DNA from: a virus
Lineage: Duplodnaviria; Caudoviricetes
Strand: one strand, 5' to 3'
DNA: 64,000 nt
Virus record (IMG/VR): IMGVR_UViG_3300028581_000010
Below the pieces are notes generated by a model, which was not told the origin of the DNA, made no database searches, and saw nothing but the letters and a program-made list of their open reading frames with translations. Each line of letters starts with the position of its first letter. Positions within the stretch are counted from its first letter, which is position 1. The position numbers and the translations under genes were made by a program. Shown here in pieces: positions 19,979 through 29,194 of this stretch.

Positions 19979-20407
19979 TTAGCCTGGAATAAGCTGTAGG
20001 AAGTCGATTACCACGTTGTCCATAACAGTTAGCCCTTCGGCTTCCGCTTGGATCTGGAACTGGCTCACGACGCAACCGATGGCGGTTACTGTGAAGCCTA
20101 CCCCGCCTGAGCAGCCACCACCAAAGGTGACCGAAATTGTGCCTGGGTTACATGCCTGCCACCCCGGCGAGGAGAACAGTAGGCCAGCATCTGTTGTGAG
20201 TAGACGGGCCATGGACACTTGCCCCATAGGTTGAGAGGCGTAAATAACAGCATCTTTGTTACCGATGGTGCGCCTGCGTTGAACTTGTTGGGCATAACTG
20301 ACGGAGATGTTGATAGCTCCTGTCACGATACCGCCCCAGCTGATAATAGCCTTGTCGGCTGTTAGTGGCTGCTTGATGTTTTGATCTCCGAATCCGAATA
20401 AATCCAT
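19979..20407 (-). CDS. Tail tube protein
   Basis: 142-aa beta-rich ORF (ISVSYAQQVQRRRTIG...GQVSMARL) downstream of the sheath; AGGAG SD and its own terminator. Confidence 0.8.
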   Translation of the reverse strand: MDLFGFGDQNIKQPLTADKAIISWGGIVTGAINISVSYAQQVQRRRTIGNKDAVIYASQPMGQVSMARLLTTDAGLLFSSPGWQACNPGTISVTFGGGCSGGVGFTVTAIGCVVSQFQIQAEAEGLTVMDNVVIDFLQLIPG

Positions 20408-20438
20408 AATTTTCTCCTAAGTGTTAATATTATTGTAG

Positions 20439-20639
20439 TTAAGTTAAGCCCAATTGTCGAGCAACATCGTCGAAATTCTTGTCTTCTCCTTTTGTATAGC
20501 GCACCCAGCTTTTTCCGTTATCAATAAAGCGATAGATTGTATTTGTCTTACCGTCTTCTGACTTGATTAATATTCCGGAAGCTTCTGTGGTTTCCAATAG
20601 AACGGGCTGCCTAAAGTCGCCTACAACAATTACTGTCAT
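20439..20639 (-). CDS. Hypothetical protein
   Basis: 66-aa ORF filling the operon, coupled to the upstream gene. Confidence 0.6.
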   Translation of the reverse strand: MTVIVVGDFRQPVLLETTEASGILIKSEDGKTNTIYRFIDNGKSWVRYTKGEDKNFDDVARQLGLT

Positions 20640-20908
20640 ACTGTGCCCAGATGCTGCTTAAGTGTTTGCATCTGCCGTTGTACCTGGTCCTGCTGCATTA
20701 GTTGCTGCAAGGCCTCGTAGTCCTCTGGCTGAATGTCTTGCAACGGAGCGTCCTGTACCTGATTAGGCGCGAGTTGCTTAAACAACTCCTCCGCTGGCTG
20801 ATACTCCATAGCGCGCTTGTAAGCGTGGGCTGCCTCATCGGGAGTCAGCCCACACTCATCTTCAGCGAACTTAATAAAGCCTGCTTCGAAGGGGTACATC
20901 TCAGACAA
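20636..20908 (-). CDS. Small Gln-rich protein with the shared N-terminal module (FEAGFIKFAEDECGL)
   Basis: Carries the same F..GF.K.A...GL module as the head-cluster proteins. Confidence 0.7.
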   Translation of the reverse strand: MSEMYPFEAGFIKFAEDECGLTPDEAAHAYKRAMEYQPAEELFKQLAPNQVQDAPLQDIQPEDYEALQQLMQQDQVQRQMQTLKQHLGTV

Positions 20909-23900
20909 TAAGCTTGAGGTTAATATAGTTCATCGGATAAGGAACGTTCAATCTCACCTCTACGTCAATCCTATCCTTGAAGTTCGGGTTGATCTGCAGC
21001 AATAGGATGTCGTCCTTGGGAGTGAAGCTTGTCAGCTGGTTCCCTGCGCGTACGGTGCGTGTACCTGTCGCGCGGAAGTTGAGCTCGCCGATGATTGCCT
21101 CACGCACAACTAGGAGATTCTCGTAGTTGACGTTGTATTTGCCGATGTATGGAGCGAGAGCGTGCTTCAACCCGTAGCTGATATTGTCGACGTTAGTCGT
21201 AATAGAATCTTCGGATGTGTTCAAGCTGTCGTTAGCGGTTGTGAGCTGATGTCTGACATATGGCGTAGCCCCCACAACTTCTTGTGTTGCCAACCAGATT
21301 CCCTGCTCAGCCATCGTGTTAAGCTGATCCTGTGTAAAGGTTTCCACCACCTTGGAAAGGTCGTCAGCTCCTAGGAACTCAGTGTTAGTGAGACCTTGGT
21401 GAGGGACCACCGAGGAACGGAGGCCTGCGAAAGCTGCAGCCAGCACATAACCAGGCTTTGTGATGCCGTTGCTCTTGTATGTATCTGGAAACACAACGCG
21501 GACACGCCGGTTGTTGTACTCGCCGCCGATGAATGCAATGTTTGTCGCACGCTCATCTTTCGTGTAAACACGAACAACTTGCGCTTTAACTGGAGTGTTG
21601 ATCGGGCTTGCAAGCGAAGAGGTCAGTACTAGAGACTCCTCCGTGCGGACCTCGTCTACGGTGTACTCGTCATAGATGACGTCACTGTTAGGGTCGAGCC
21701 GGAAGTTAACGCGGACCTTGTCGTTCGGGCGCACACCATCAGTAATGAAGGAGGCACCTAGGATGGTCACCAGTCTATTCTGAGAGCCCGTTACAACCGG
21801 GTCATCGGTGATAGTTGCCGTCCAGGCTGTAACACCGTCCTCTTTGAGGTCATATAGGCCGGTAGAAAGGGTGTCCTTAACACCCAGCCAAGCCACACGC
21901 CAGCGTCCTACCTCAGGAGTACTATAGGCATTTGCATGTGACACAACCGCTTCCTGAATGGACCGGTCGAAGGTCATCGGTACAAAGCTGTAGACCTTGT
22001 CGTTCTTCTTGGCGATTTCGATAGCAGCGTTGTATCCTGCCAGATCGTCGGTGGCTACACCAATGAAATATACAATCTGGTTGGCCGAATTTAGTGCGGC
22101 GTCATACACACCCTGAGCCAGTGGGTTGTCTGGGTGAATCTTACCCAGTAGAGCAGCTACAGAGCTGGCACTTCTAACCCCCGAAATAGAGTTCACATTA
22201 TTCTGCAGTAGATCTCTATGCTGCACGAAGAGCTTAGCGGCCACTACGGGCAACCGCACAGGCTCGGCAGAGGCAAGCAGGTTGGTCACATATGTCGTGA
22301 TGCCCGCGTTAATCGTAATGTAGTTGTCTTCCTGCGACCAGTTAACAGTTTCGTCAACCAAGTCTCTAAGAGAAGGAATCTCAATAGAGGTCTGCGTGAG
22401 GAATAGCTTGGCCGTAAAGGTTGAAGCAAGGTTGAGGGAGGACTCTCCGAGGTTATCGGAAAGTTCCACAATCTTAACAGCTCCAATTTTAGCTGCGGTG
22501 GTGGCAATGTAGTAGACATCGCCGGTAATCAGTCCGCCACCGGCAGAGCCGTCTGCGAAGGTAGCGGTTAGTCCATAATTTCCAACACGGAATGGTACAT
22601 CCTCCCGAACAAGTACTGCAGCCGACGAATCTACATCCGAAGAAGTGATTGTGACTTTTGCGCAAGTGTCGGCGTTTGTGGAACCGTTATAGAATGCCCC
22701 GCCGCGAACAACCGTAAGCTTGTAAACCAGGTCTACAGGAGCTGTGAAGGTCGAAGTCGAGAGTGCTACGGTTGGATTGACCAGCGCGGCGCCTGCCGTA
22801 ACAGTGAAAGACCAGCTCTGGCCGACAACAAACGCGGTTGTGTCAGAGAAGTCTAGTTGAATATCATTTGCATCAGTGTCATCTACTACAAGGATGTCAG
22901 CAGCGATCGCCACGTCTGTCTTTGTAACAAATGCACCAGCTGCAGAGCTCACGGAAAACTTAGCAGTGGCCAGGCTCGTGCCCTCGGTCACTACAACGGT
23001 ATATGTGTCGCTCATTATACGAGCGGCAGGATAGCCAGCGTAGTTGGTCGAGGAGTTGAGGACAGTTACACCCGTGGCGAGCTGCTCCCCGATACCGAGC
23101 CAAGTGTATGTTGGCGCGTTGTTAAAATCTTCCGTCTGAACACCAACGTTAGCAACGTCATTGTAGATGCCCCCGACCTTATAGGTCAAGTTAGAGGCTG
23201 TGCCAGTTACAACTGCACTCAGCGATACCGAGGTAGCGCTGTTGTAGCCGATGATCTTGTACGTCCCCTTGCCAGTAATCGTGATATACTGCCCAACCAT
23301 CGCAGCTGTAAAGCTTGTTCCAGTGAACGTGGTTGTGTTGTTGGAGGCTCCGTTAGAACCTGTCAGCAGTGCGACTCCTACAGTAGCATCAAGCGAGCTG
23401 TCACCTACTGTTTTGGGTGTGTCGGCATGCAACCCTTTGATCTTAGATTTGAGTACATTTCCAAGGTTGTCAGTTACTTCGATAACATCACCAATTTTAA
23501 CGTCGCGCTCAGAAAATACGGCATCACGATCTGCTACGCTGGTGGAAACAAGGTTGACGGTGGAGAAGCGTACGCGATTCGTGTGTGTGCTTCCGTTGTC
23601 AGCAAGCACCTTTGTCACTGCTGCGTCGCCAGAATCCGAGCCTAGCGACGCGTTTGGAAAATAGAGGGCCTCGACGGCTTCTGCAAATACCTTCGTGTAG
23701 TCGTGATCCACATTTCCGCCAGCTGGCACATTTGGAAAGCTGTAAGTTACGTCCAAGAGATACTGATACTTGTTAGCCAGTACGCTGTCGTCGGGATTAA
23801 CGACGGCTGTGAGCTGTTTCTCGAGTGCTTCATTGTAGCGCAGCAGCGAGTAGTTGGGCCCTATGATGAACGCCGGTAGTGGAAACTCCGCGTAGTTAGG

Positions 23901-23951
23901 TACTTGAGTGAACTCCTGCTGAACAAGAACTTTGGGTGTTACGTATGCCAT
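20901..23951 (-). CDS. Contractile tail sheath protein (large, with inserted domains)
   Basis: MAYVTPKVLVQQEF N-terminus; C-terminal sheath motifs (AAAFAGLRS...HQGLTN, RHQLTT...SITTNVDNISY, RIDVEVRLNVPYPMNYINLKL). Confidence 0.9.
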   Translation of the reverse strand: MAYVTPKVLVQQEFTQVPNYAEFPLPAFIIGPNYSLLRYNEALEKQLTAVVNPDDSVLANKYQYLLDVTYSFPNVPAGGNVDHDYTKVFAEAVEALYFPNASLGSDSGDAAVTKVLADNGSTHTNRVRFSTVNLVSTSVADRDAVFSERDVKIGDVIEVTDNLGNVLKSKIKGLHADTPKTVGDSSLDATVGVALLTGSNGASNNTTTFTGTSFTAAMVGQYITITGKGTYKIIGYNSATSVSLSAVVTGTASNLTYKVGGIYNDVANVGVQTEDFNNAPTYTWLGIGEQLATGVTVLNSSTNYAGYPAARIMSDTYTVVVTEGTSLATAKFSVSSAAGAFVTKTDVAIAADILVVDDTDANDIQLDFSDTTAFVVGQSWSFTVTAGAALVNPTVALSTSTFTAPVDLVYKLTVVRGGAFYNGSTNADTCAKVTITSSDVDSSAAVLVREDVPFRVGNYGLTATFADGSAGGGLITGDVYYIATTAAKIGAVKIVELSDNLGESSLNLASTFTAKLFLTQTSIEIPSLRDLVDETVNWSQEDNYITINAGITTYVTNLLASAEPVRLPVVAAKLFVQHRDLLQNNVNSISGVRSASSVAALLGKIHPDNPLAQGVYDAALNSANQIVYFIGVATDDLAGYNAAIEIAKKNDKVYSFVPMTFDRSIQEAVVSHANAYSTPEVGRWRVAWLGVKDTLSTGLYDLKEDGVTAWTATITDDPVVTGSQNRLVTILGASFITDGVRPNDKVRVNFRLDPNSDVIYDEYTVDEVRTEESLVLTSSLASPINTPVKAQVVRVYTKDERATNIAFIGGEYNNRRVRVVFPDTYKSNGITKPGYVLAAAFAGLRSSVVPHQGLTNTEFLGADDLSKVVETFTQDQLNTMAEQGIWLATQEVVGATPYVRHQLTTANDSLNTSEDSITTNVDNISYGLKHALAPYIGKYNVNYENLLVVREAIIGELNFRATGTRTVRAGNQLTSFTPKDDILLLQINPNFKDRIDVEVRLNVPYPMNYINLKLIV

Positions 23952-23979
23952 AATGTTTAATTTCTGATGTTGTTATTTA

Positions 23980-24008
23980 ATTTTAGTTAATTTTGCCCAC
24001 AATCGCAA
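23980..24008 (-). promoter_or_regulatory. Promoter TTGCGA-N17-TAAAAT for the sheath/tube operon
   Basis: Read directly in the AT-rich intergenic region upstream of ATG 23951. Confidence 0.65.
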
Positions 24009-24035
24009 TGCTTATTTTGCAGGCAGTTGATTTTT

Positions 24036-24713
24036 TCACTGCTGTGCCAAGGCGCGACAGGTGTCGGTAAAGACAGTGTATGACACTGTTTTTAGCTTCA
24101 AGTCGTCTCCCTTGATAATATACCCCATATCAAACGCGGTGTCTATTGATATCGACACCTTGAAGTGGTCCTTCGACTCCTGGTATAACACTGGCTGCGA
24201 GAGACCGGTCATGATAAACTGCCGCAAATTAAAGTCATTCTTGACGACCTCGCGCAGCTTAAGAAAAATTGAGTACACGTACTGCGCTACAAGCTCTGTA
24301 AACCCCACGTTAGTGGCGATAACGTCTATAGTCAGGGGCATCATCACAATAGCCATCTTACCCACCTCAGACTCCTTATAGTTCTGCGTAATAGCCTGGT
24401 TCATAGTGGGATACTTAAAGGTAGCAGGCCCACGTGTTACGAAAATGGCCGGGCGCTTCTGCACAACAGAGTCCTTGTAGTTGTAGGCGATATCGAGAAA
24501 AATTGTAGTCTTTAGTGGGTCGGTGTCGTACTTTTGCGAAAAAGAATAGCCCAAGGCCTGCGGTGGGTTGTCCTGCATGTAGTTTGACAACAGCTCGTAG
24601 CAAATATTCTGGACAGTCCACGGCGTAAGAACTATGGCGCGCTTATCACTATCCTCGGCTTCCCGCATAAACGGAGAGATGTAGCACGGGGTTATGTCGT
24701 TATTCTCGCTCAT
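24036..24713 (-). CDS. Tail terminator / completion protein
   Basis: 225 aa between neck and sheath genes; KRPAIFVTRG and alpha/beta pattern of tail-terminator folds. Confidence 0.65.
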   Translation of the reverse strand: MSENNDITPCYISPFMREAEDSDKRAIVLTPWTVQNICYELLSNYMQDNPPQALGYSFSQKYDTDPLKTTIFLDIAYNYKDSVVQKRPAIFVTRGPATFKYPTMNQAITQNYKESEVGKMAIVMMPLTIDVIATNVGFTELVAQYVYSIFLKLREVVKNDFNLRQFIMTGLSQPVLYQESKDHFKVSISIDTAFDMGYIIKGDDLKLKTVSYTVFTDTCRALAQQ

Positions 24714-25521
24714 TGTAGTCTTTTGGTACCGGTATACTGTATATTGTATCAGTTGGGGGGACCATACGCAAGGTAGCCTTCTGCAATATGGCGATGTTTG
24801 TTCCTGGAAAAGTTGTGGCGTTTCTGGCCATGACGCTGTACCGAAAGCCTGTTAGGTTTGTGACTATAATGTCTCTAGTGTCCACCAATGGGTAGCCAGG
24901 CATTCGCGCAATGATATCGTACGTCTCCTTGACACCCATTCCACCTGGGTCCAGCTGCTTATCTTCTCCGCTATTTTCAACATAGTAAACGCAGCCTATA
25001 GGTTCAAAGTAGCCGTCGTCCAGCCCTACTCCGAAATCCTGTTCCTCCGTATCGGTGATAGAGACGCCTGACACAGGGTCTATATTAGCCTTTTGCGCAA
25101 CTATGTCGCCATAAGACTTACGCTTAAGCAGCCAGGCAAACTGCCCAACATAGCGACAGTTCAGCAGCTCTTTACGAATTATCTCAGCAGCCATTGCGTA
25201 TTTGCGGCGACTTACAGGATTATTACCAAACCAGACAGCGTGGGATTTATAGACCGTGCCGTCAGCCGTCGTTAGCACTACTCTGTAAGCGTAGTTTGTA
25301 GCCCAGGCCTGTTTCTGGCCGGTATCGTCTACGGCGCAAAAAGTGTCTCCGAGCTCTTTCTCAAATAAAAGCTCCTCGAACTCAAGCGTTTGAGAGCACT
25401 GCAGCTTGAAGCTGTACGGCTTTGTGCCGTTAAAAAACGGGTCCAGCTTCCACTGAATAAAGTGCCCTCTGTAAAAGTCAGGCACGATAGTTATATTTTC
25501 AAATACTACGCCAGAGTACAT
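24700..25521 (-). CDS. Neck / head-closure protein with N-terminal Ig/FN3-like domain
   Basis: Beta-rich N-terminus; C-terminal GYPLVDTRDIIV...RYSV motif like gp14-type closure proteins; position after the adaptor. Confidence 0.6.
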   Translation of the reverse strand: MYSGVVFENITIVPDFYRGHFIQWKLDPFFNGTKPYSFKLQCSQTLEFEELLFEKELGDTFCAVDDTGQKQAWATNYAYRVVLTTADGTVYKSHAVWFGNNPVSRRKYAMAAEIIRKELLNCRYVGQFAWLLKRKSYGDIVAQKANIDPVSGVSITDTEEQDFGVGLDDGYFEPIGCVYYVENSGEDKQLDPGGMGVKETYDIIARMPGYPLVDTRDIIVTNLTGFRYSVMARNATTFPGTNIAILQKATLRMVPPTDTIYSIPVPKDYNERE

Positions 25522-25722
25522 TGTAATTAAGGGCGCTTTGCGAGCAGCCTCTCCATGTTTTTACGCATAATACTGCTGCCATAAGAAAAAACTCCATATG
25601 TGTCCCCTACCTTATGCTCCAGACTGCGGTTAAGCTTTATGCGCTGGACTATCCTGGTAAACACACCCAGTTCATGACCGGTACGCACACCACTGGCTAC
25701 ACGCCGAAGATTAGTTACCAGC

Positions 25723-26169
25723 TTACCAGCGCCGTCTGTGGATGTATTCTGAGTGCTTTGTTCCATAGACCTCTGCAATGTTTTGGTTCAGCTTGATGTC
25801 ATGCGCGGCTTCCTTGAACTCATTCCAGTATTCTGTGCCCATGCTTATGAAGATCTGCGCCTTATCTTTGTCGTTGATCTGTACACCGTCGGCCGCGTAG
25901 CTCAGCTGGTTGGCGGCCTCGTTTATTGCGGCGGACTTAAGCAGGTACCCCGCGGAGCCCATCAGCATGAGGTACCTATATGGAAAAGACTCCACCGTAT
26001 ACTTCTGCGAAGAAGGCGGGTTCATTACGTTAAAGTAATCTACAACGTTTGTCATAGCTGCGTCGATAGCCTCCGCCGACCAGCGCACACCAAGAATAAG
26101 CGGATTCAACTCCGTCTTATCCATCATAAATAAACGGATTTCTTCGTTGGTTAAAACAGATTGTGCCAT
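25723..26169 (-). CDS. Head-tail adaptor (neck 1) protein
   Basis: 148-aa helical ORF (EEIRLFMMD...WSAEAIDAAM...GSAGYLL...QLSYAADGVQI) typical of adaptor proteins; downstream of the capsid gene. Confidence 0.7.
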   Translation of the reverse strand: MAQSVLTNEEIRLFMMDKTELNPLILGVRWSAEAIDAAMTNVVDYFNVMNPPSSQKYTVESFPYRYLMLMGSAGYLLKSAAINEAANQLSYAADGVQINDKDKAQIFISMGTEYWNEFKEAAHDIKLNQNIAEVYGTKHSEYIHRRRW

Positions 26170-26181
26170 AGAATTAGTCGG

Positions 26182-26688
26182 TTAGCTTCGAGGCCCAAGC
26201 ATCTTATCCATTATAGCGTTTACCTGTTGAATGCGCAGCGATTGCTGAGGAGTTACCTCATTACGAGGCTGATAGTTCTGTACAGTGGCATTCGTCACTG
26301 GCGCGGTGTTGCGACTATAAGCAGACTCCAGTGCTCTGGATGTGCCTGTATGAAGACTGGTGTTTGTGGCACCTGCAGGGCCGCGGGCAGCAGCTAGCGT
26401 CGATGCCCTCGATGGTTGAGTTAGGTTTGCGTTTGTTATGGGAGCCTTGTCAGGGGTGGTGGGTAGCGCAGTCGCGCGGGAAGGATAGTTGCTGGCGGGT
26501 AGGGCAGGCCCGGTGCCAACTGCAATTGTGCCCCCAGCTCCACTCGATCCAGAGGCGGACGTAAACGCCTTGGTGGTGCCAGATATAGGCTTAGGAAGAG
26601 CCGGCGCTGCGGTGGGTGCAACGGGAGACGCTGCTATCTTGGTGAAAGCAACGAACTCGCTTAAAATTTCTCCAGATAGGTGTTTCAC
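26182..26688 (-). CDS. Low-complexity Pro/Ala/Thr-rich protein with conserved 20-aa leader
   Basis: N-terminus MKHLSGEILSEFVAFTKIAA is nearly identical to that of the adjacent paralog. Confidence 0.75.
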   Translation of the reverse strand: MKHLSGEILSEFVAFTKIAASPVAPTAAPALPKPISGTTKAFTSASGSSGAGGTIAVGTGPALPASNYPSRATALPTTPDKAPITNANLTQPSRASTLAAARGPAGATNTSLHTGTSRALESAYSRNTAPVTNATVQNYQPRNEVTPQQSLRIQQVNAIMDKMLGPRS

Positions 26689-26894
26689 AGTTTCAATGGT
26701 TGGCTAGTATTGGTGCCTGGTTTAGGTGTGGCGCCACCTGAAACTATAGGTCTAACGGGTGTGGTGCCAGCAATACTAGGTCTTGGTGCGACGGCGGCGT
26801 TGACTATTGGCGTTGTTATTGCAGGCTGCAGCTGTGCCGAAGCCGACTTAGTGAAGGCAAGGAAGTCGTTTAGTATTTCACCAGAGAGTTTCAT
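26685..26894 (-). CDS. Small Pro/Thr-rich paralog with the same leader
   Basis: N-terminus MKLSGEILNDFLAFTKSAS; ATGA coupling to the next gene. Confidence 0.75.
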   Translation of the reverse strand: MKLSGEILNDFLAFTKSASAQLQPAITTPIVNAAVAPRPSIAGTTPVRPIVSGGATPKPGTNTSQPLKL

Positions 26895-26937
26895 ACCATC
26901 ATTATACGCTATTGCTCAAATACTTCAAACACCAAAA

Positions 26938-26971
26938 ATGAAAAAGGGCCCATTGCTGGACCCTTCTTCAT
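26938..26971 (-). terminator. Intrinsic terminator after the major capsid gene
   Basis: Stem GAAGAAGGGUCCA / UGGGCCCUUUUUC with a GCAA (GNRA) tetraloop, followed by a U-rich tail. Confidence 0.8.
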
Positions 26972-26993
26972 TTATTCTAGCTGTGAGCTAAGA

Positions 26994-27953
26994 TTAACCG
27001 TTGAAGTCAACCTTAACAACACCCTTGACGTTTCCAAGAGCCAGCGACACATTCATGTACTGGAAATACTCGAGGAAGTATGCTTCATTCTTCATGAACA
27101 CCGTTAGCGGGGTCAGCCGATAGTACTTACCTAGGAAGTCTTCCGAAGAAAACAGATAGATAACACCATCAGGAACGAGATCGTGCTTGATCGTGTAGGC
27201 GGGCTTCACACCAAGAAGAGTCTTGGAAGGAAGGCCGTTAACCCACATCTCTTGCGCGAGATCGCCACCAACCTCAGAACGGCTCATTTTAACGAAGTCG
27301 TCCGCGGTTACTGTGTTCATCAGCATCACGCCTTTGCTTTCGCCACCATCGGGCTGTGCAGGGCCAAATGGCACGCGCAGACGTTTGATGACTTTGAAGG
27401 CTTCCGCCACGTTTTCACGTGTGATACCACCAGAGATGGTAACGTTCTGCGGGAGACCTAGCTTGTTAAGCGGGTTAGCTGTGTTGACTGTTCCGATCAC
27501 ACTGTTGATACGCTCCAGGAACCGGGTGTCCAGTTCAGTTGCGATGTCCTTGGTGCTGATTTCGAGCATGATTGCACGAATGTCGTAGTCATAGCCACGT
27601 AGGTAGTCGATGTCCTTGTTGAACTTCGGTGATACGATACGTGTGAAATACGACGGGTAGCGAGTGCCCCCGAACTGCACAGCATCAGGCACCACCCCTA
27701 GCGGGATAGTTACAGCAGGTGCGGTATCAGGTTCGCGGTCATTCCACTTAACCAGCAACTCAGGATCTTCACTCTTGTCGAGGTCGTCGTTAGAGATGTC
27801 GATCGGGGTTAGAATTTTCTCCGCGAAGCTTTCTTCACGAAGTTTGTTACGTGTGAAGCTCTGGGCGGAAACAGCTGCCTGTTTCTCGTTACCGGACTTC
27901 ACCATTTCAACGAATGTGTCGTTGAATACTTTAAGATCAGCGATTTTTTCCAT
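26994..27953 (-). CDS. Major capsid protein (HK97 fold)
   Basis: 319 aa with highly biased codons, its own promoter and terminator. HK97-type pattern (EESFAEKILTP, IVSPKF..D..YL, KDIATELDTRFL, LLGVKPAYTIKHDLVPDGVIY); downstream of protease, scaffold and decoration genes. Confidence 0.85.
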   Translation of the reverse strand: MEKIADLKVFNDTFVEMVKSGNEKQAAVSAQSFTRNKLREESFAEKILTPIDISNDDLDKSEDPELLVKWNDREPDTAPAVTIPLGVVPDAVQFGGTRYPSYFTRIVSPKFNKDIDYLRGYDYDIRAIMLEISTKDIATELDTRFLERINSVIGTVNTANPLNKLGLPQNVTISGGITRENVAEAFKVIKRLRVPFGPAQPDGGESKGVMLMNTVTADDFVKMSRSEVGGDLAQEMWVNGLPSKTLLGVKPAYTIKHDLVPDGVIYLFSSEDFLGKYYRLTPLTVFMKNEAYFLEYFQYMNVSLALGNVKGVVKVDFNG

Positions 27954-27975
27954 AGTATTAGTTTAGTTTCCTAGA

Positions 27976-28437
27976 TTATACGGCAAGTTTAATCGCCACG
28001 AATGTTGCAGTGCCTTGGATCTTAACGCCGCTGATTGTCTCAGCTGCAGGAAGATCACGGGCGCCTACCACTTGACCGATTACGCGGTCGCTGGTCCCTT
28101 TGAGACCGATTAGTCCGTCTGTACGAGCGGACACTTGCGCGCCGACTGCATAGGTGGATGCGTCTCCGTAGAAGTTGGTCGTCTCCACGACGGATGCACC
28201 GTCTAGAAGATATACACCGATTTTACCAGATTCGATAGAGTCTCCATCGGCCTGGTCGTTGATTGCGAAGCCTAGAATTTCGTTTACAGCGTCCGGATCA
28301 GCGGTGCCCTTGAGCACTGTGCCAGCGTCTGTGTAACGAACTACCATGCCCGCTTCGATTGCTTGTCCAGAAACTGCCGCCCCAACGACATTTGTCTGAT
28401 GGAGAGAAAGAGCTGGGCCAGAACGAAAATTGATCAT
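27976..28437 (-). CDS. Capsid decoration / cement protein
   Basis: 153-aa beta-tulip-like pattern (IEAGMVV...LGFAIND...GKIGVY...YAVGAQVSA..DGL) directly upstream of the capsid gene; AAGGA SD. Confidence 0.7.
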   Translation of the reverse strand: MINFRSGPALSLHQTNVVGAAVSGQAIEAGMVVRYTDAGTVLKGTADPDAVNEILGFAINDQADGDSIESGKIGVYLLDGASVVETTNFYGDASTYAVGAQVSARTDGLIGLKGTSDRVIGQVVGARDLPAAETISGVKIQGTATFVAIKLAV

Positions 28438-28551
28438 ATTAGTTTTCCTTTTGTTTTGTTTGGTTTACTTACTTGTTTTGTTTTGCTTCACTGTCTACTC
28501 CACGCTCCGTCCAAGGACACTATGGCAATATATGTGTAAAGGTATAATCCT

Positions 28552-28580
28552 ATATTATTGAAAATCAGCATATTCGTCAA
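28552..28580 (-). promoter_or_regulatory. Promoter TTGACG-N17-TAATAT for the decoration/capsid operon
   Basis: Near-consensus sigma70 boxes, followed by an ~105-nt A/C-rich leader. Confidence 0.7.
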
Positions 28581-28590
28581 CAATATTTTT

Positions 28591-28740
28591 TCACGCACAA
28601 TAAAAAGGTTGAAGTCTCCACCACATAGTTACAGCAGCTGCCCGTTTAGCGGCGTGTTCCTCAGAATGTTTTTTGCCTAGCTTTGCTGCAGCCATCTTTG
28701 CTTTAGACTGGCTTGTGTGTTTATGGATGTTCCTGCGATG
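28591..28740 (-). pseudogene. Relic NUMOD3 DNA-binding repeats of a homing endonuclease
   Basis: Translation HKHTSQSKAKMAAAKLGKKHSEEHAAKRAAAV matches tandem NUMOD3 (H(S/T)EETKAKMS..KKG) repeats; no nuclease domain and no clear start. Confidence 0.55.
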
Positions 28741-28744
28741 CGCT

Positions 28745-29194
28745 TTATTTCTCTTGAGGTGCTGCGCCTCCAAGTAGCTGTGTGCCTTTGAAGCCTGTCT
28801 CTGTAGACTGCAGCTTCTCCGCTAGCAACTTCTTGATGGTTTCCCGCTTACTGTCATGATCCGCAAAGAGCGCGGCAAGAGGTATCTGCCCGCCCACCCA
28901 TCCACCTTTACCAGAGGAACCCTGATGCATTCGGCGACTTAGGCGTGTGCCCAGCTCGGAAAGTGGTCCTTCAACAAAAGGATTCATCCAGTAGTGGCCT
29001 GGGTGGTTCTTTCTGTTATGTACCATTGCCTTGAGTTTAATCTCGTCAGCAGCTGCGTTAGCGGCTTGCTGCAAGCTATAAGGTCCGTCTTCGGCGGAGG
29101 CTTTAATCAACGTAACAGCTTCACCACGGCTGAGACCGTAGGCTGCTGCTTGCTTGATAGCTCCAGTTAGAAATGAGTGTTCGTAGTTATTCAT
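28745..29194 (-). CDS. Putative internal head protein with the shared module
   Basis: Likely start ATG 29194 (MNNYEHSFLTGAIKQAAAYGLSRGEAVTLIKASA). Confidence 0.7.
   Translation of the reverse strand: MNNYEHSFLTGAIKQAAAYGLSRGEAVTLIKASAEDGPYSLQQAANAAADEIKLKAMVHNRKNHPGHYWMNPFVEGPLSELGTRLSRRMHQGSSGKGGWVGGQIPLAALFADHDSKRETIKKLLAEKLQSTETGFKGTQLLGGAAPQEK

Noticed and set aside
25527-25778. 83-aa ORF between the adaptor and neck genes
   Set aside because: Its ATG starts overlap the upstream gene and it has no recognisable motif. It may be real, but I cannot support it.
1-26169. Headless contractile injection system, tailocin or T6SS
   Set aside because: Neck, capsid, decoration, scaffold and prohead protease genes are contiguous with the tail genes.
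26994-27953. Encapsulin nanocompartment
   Set aside because: The size is similar, but the context (protease, adaptor, neck, tail) indicates a phage capsid.
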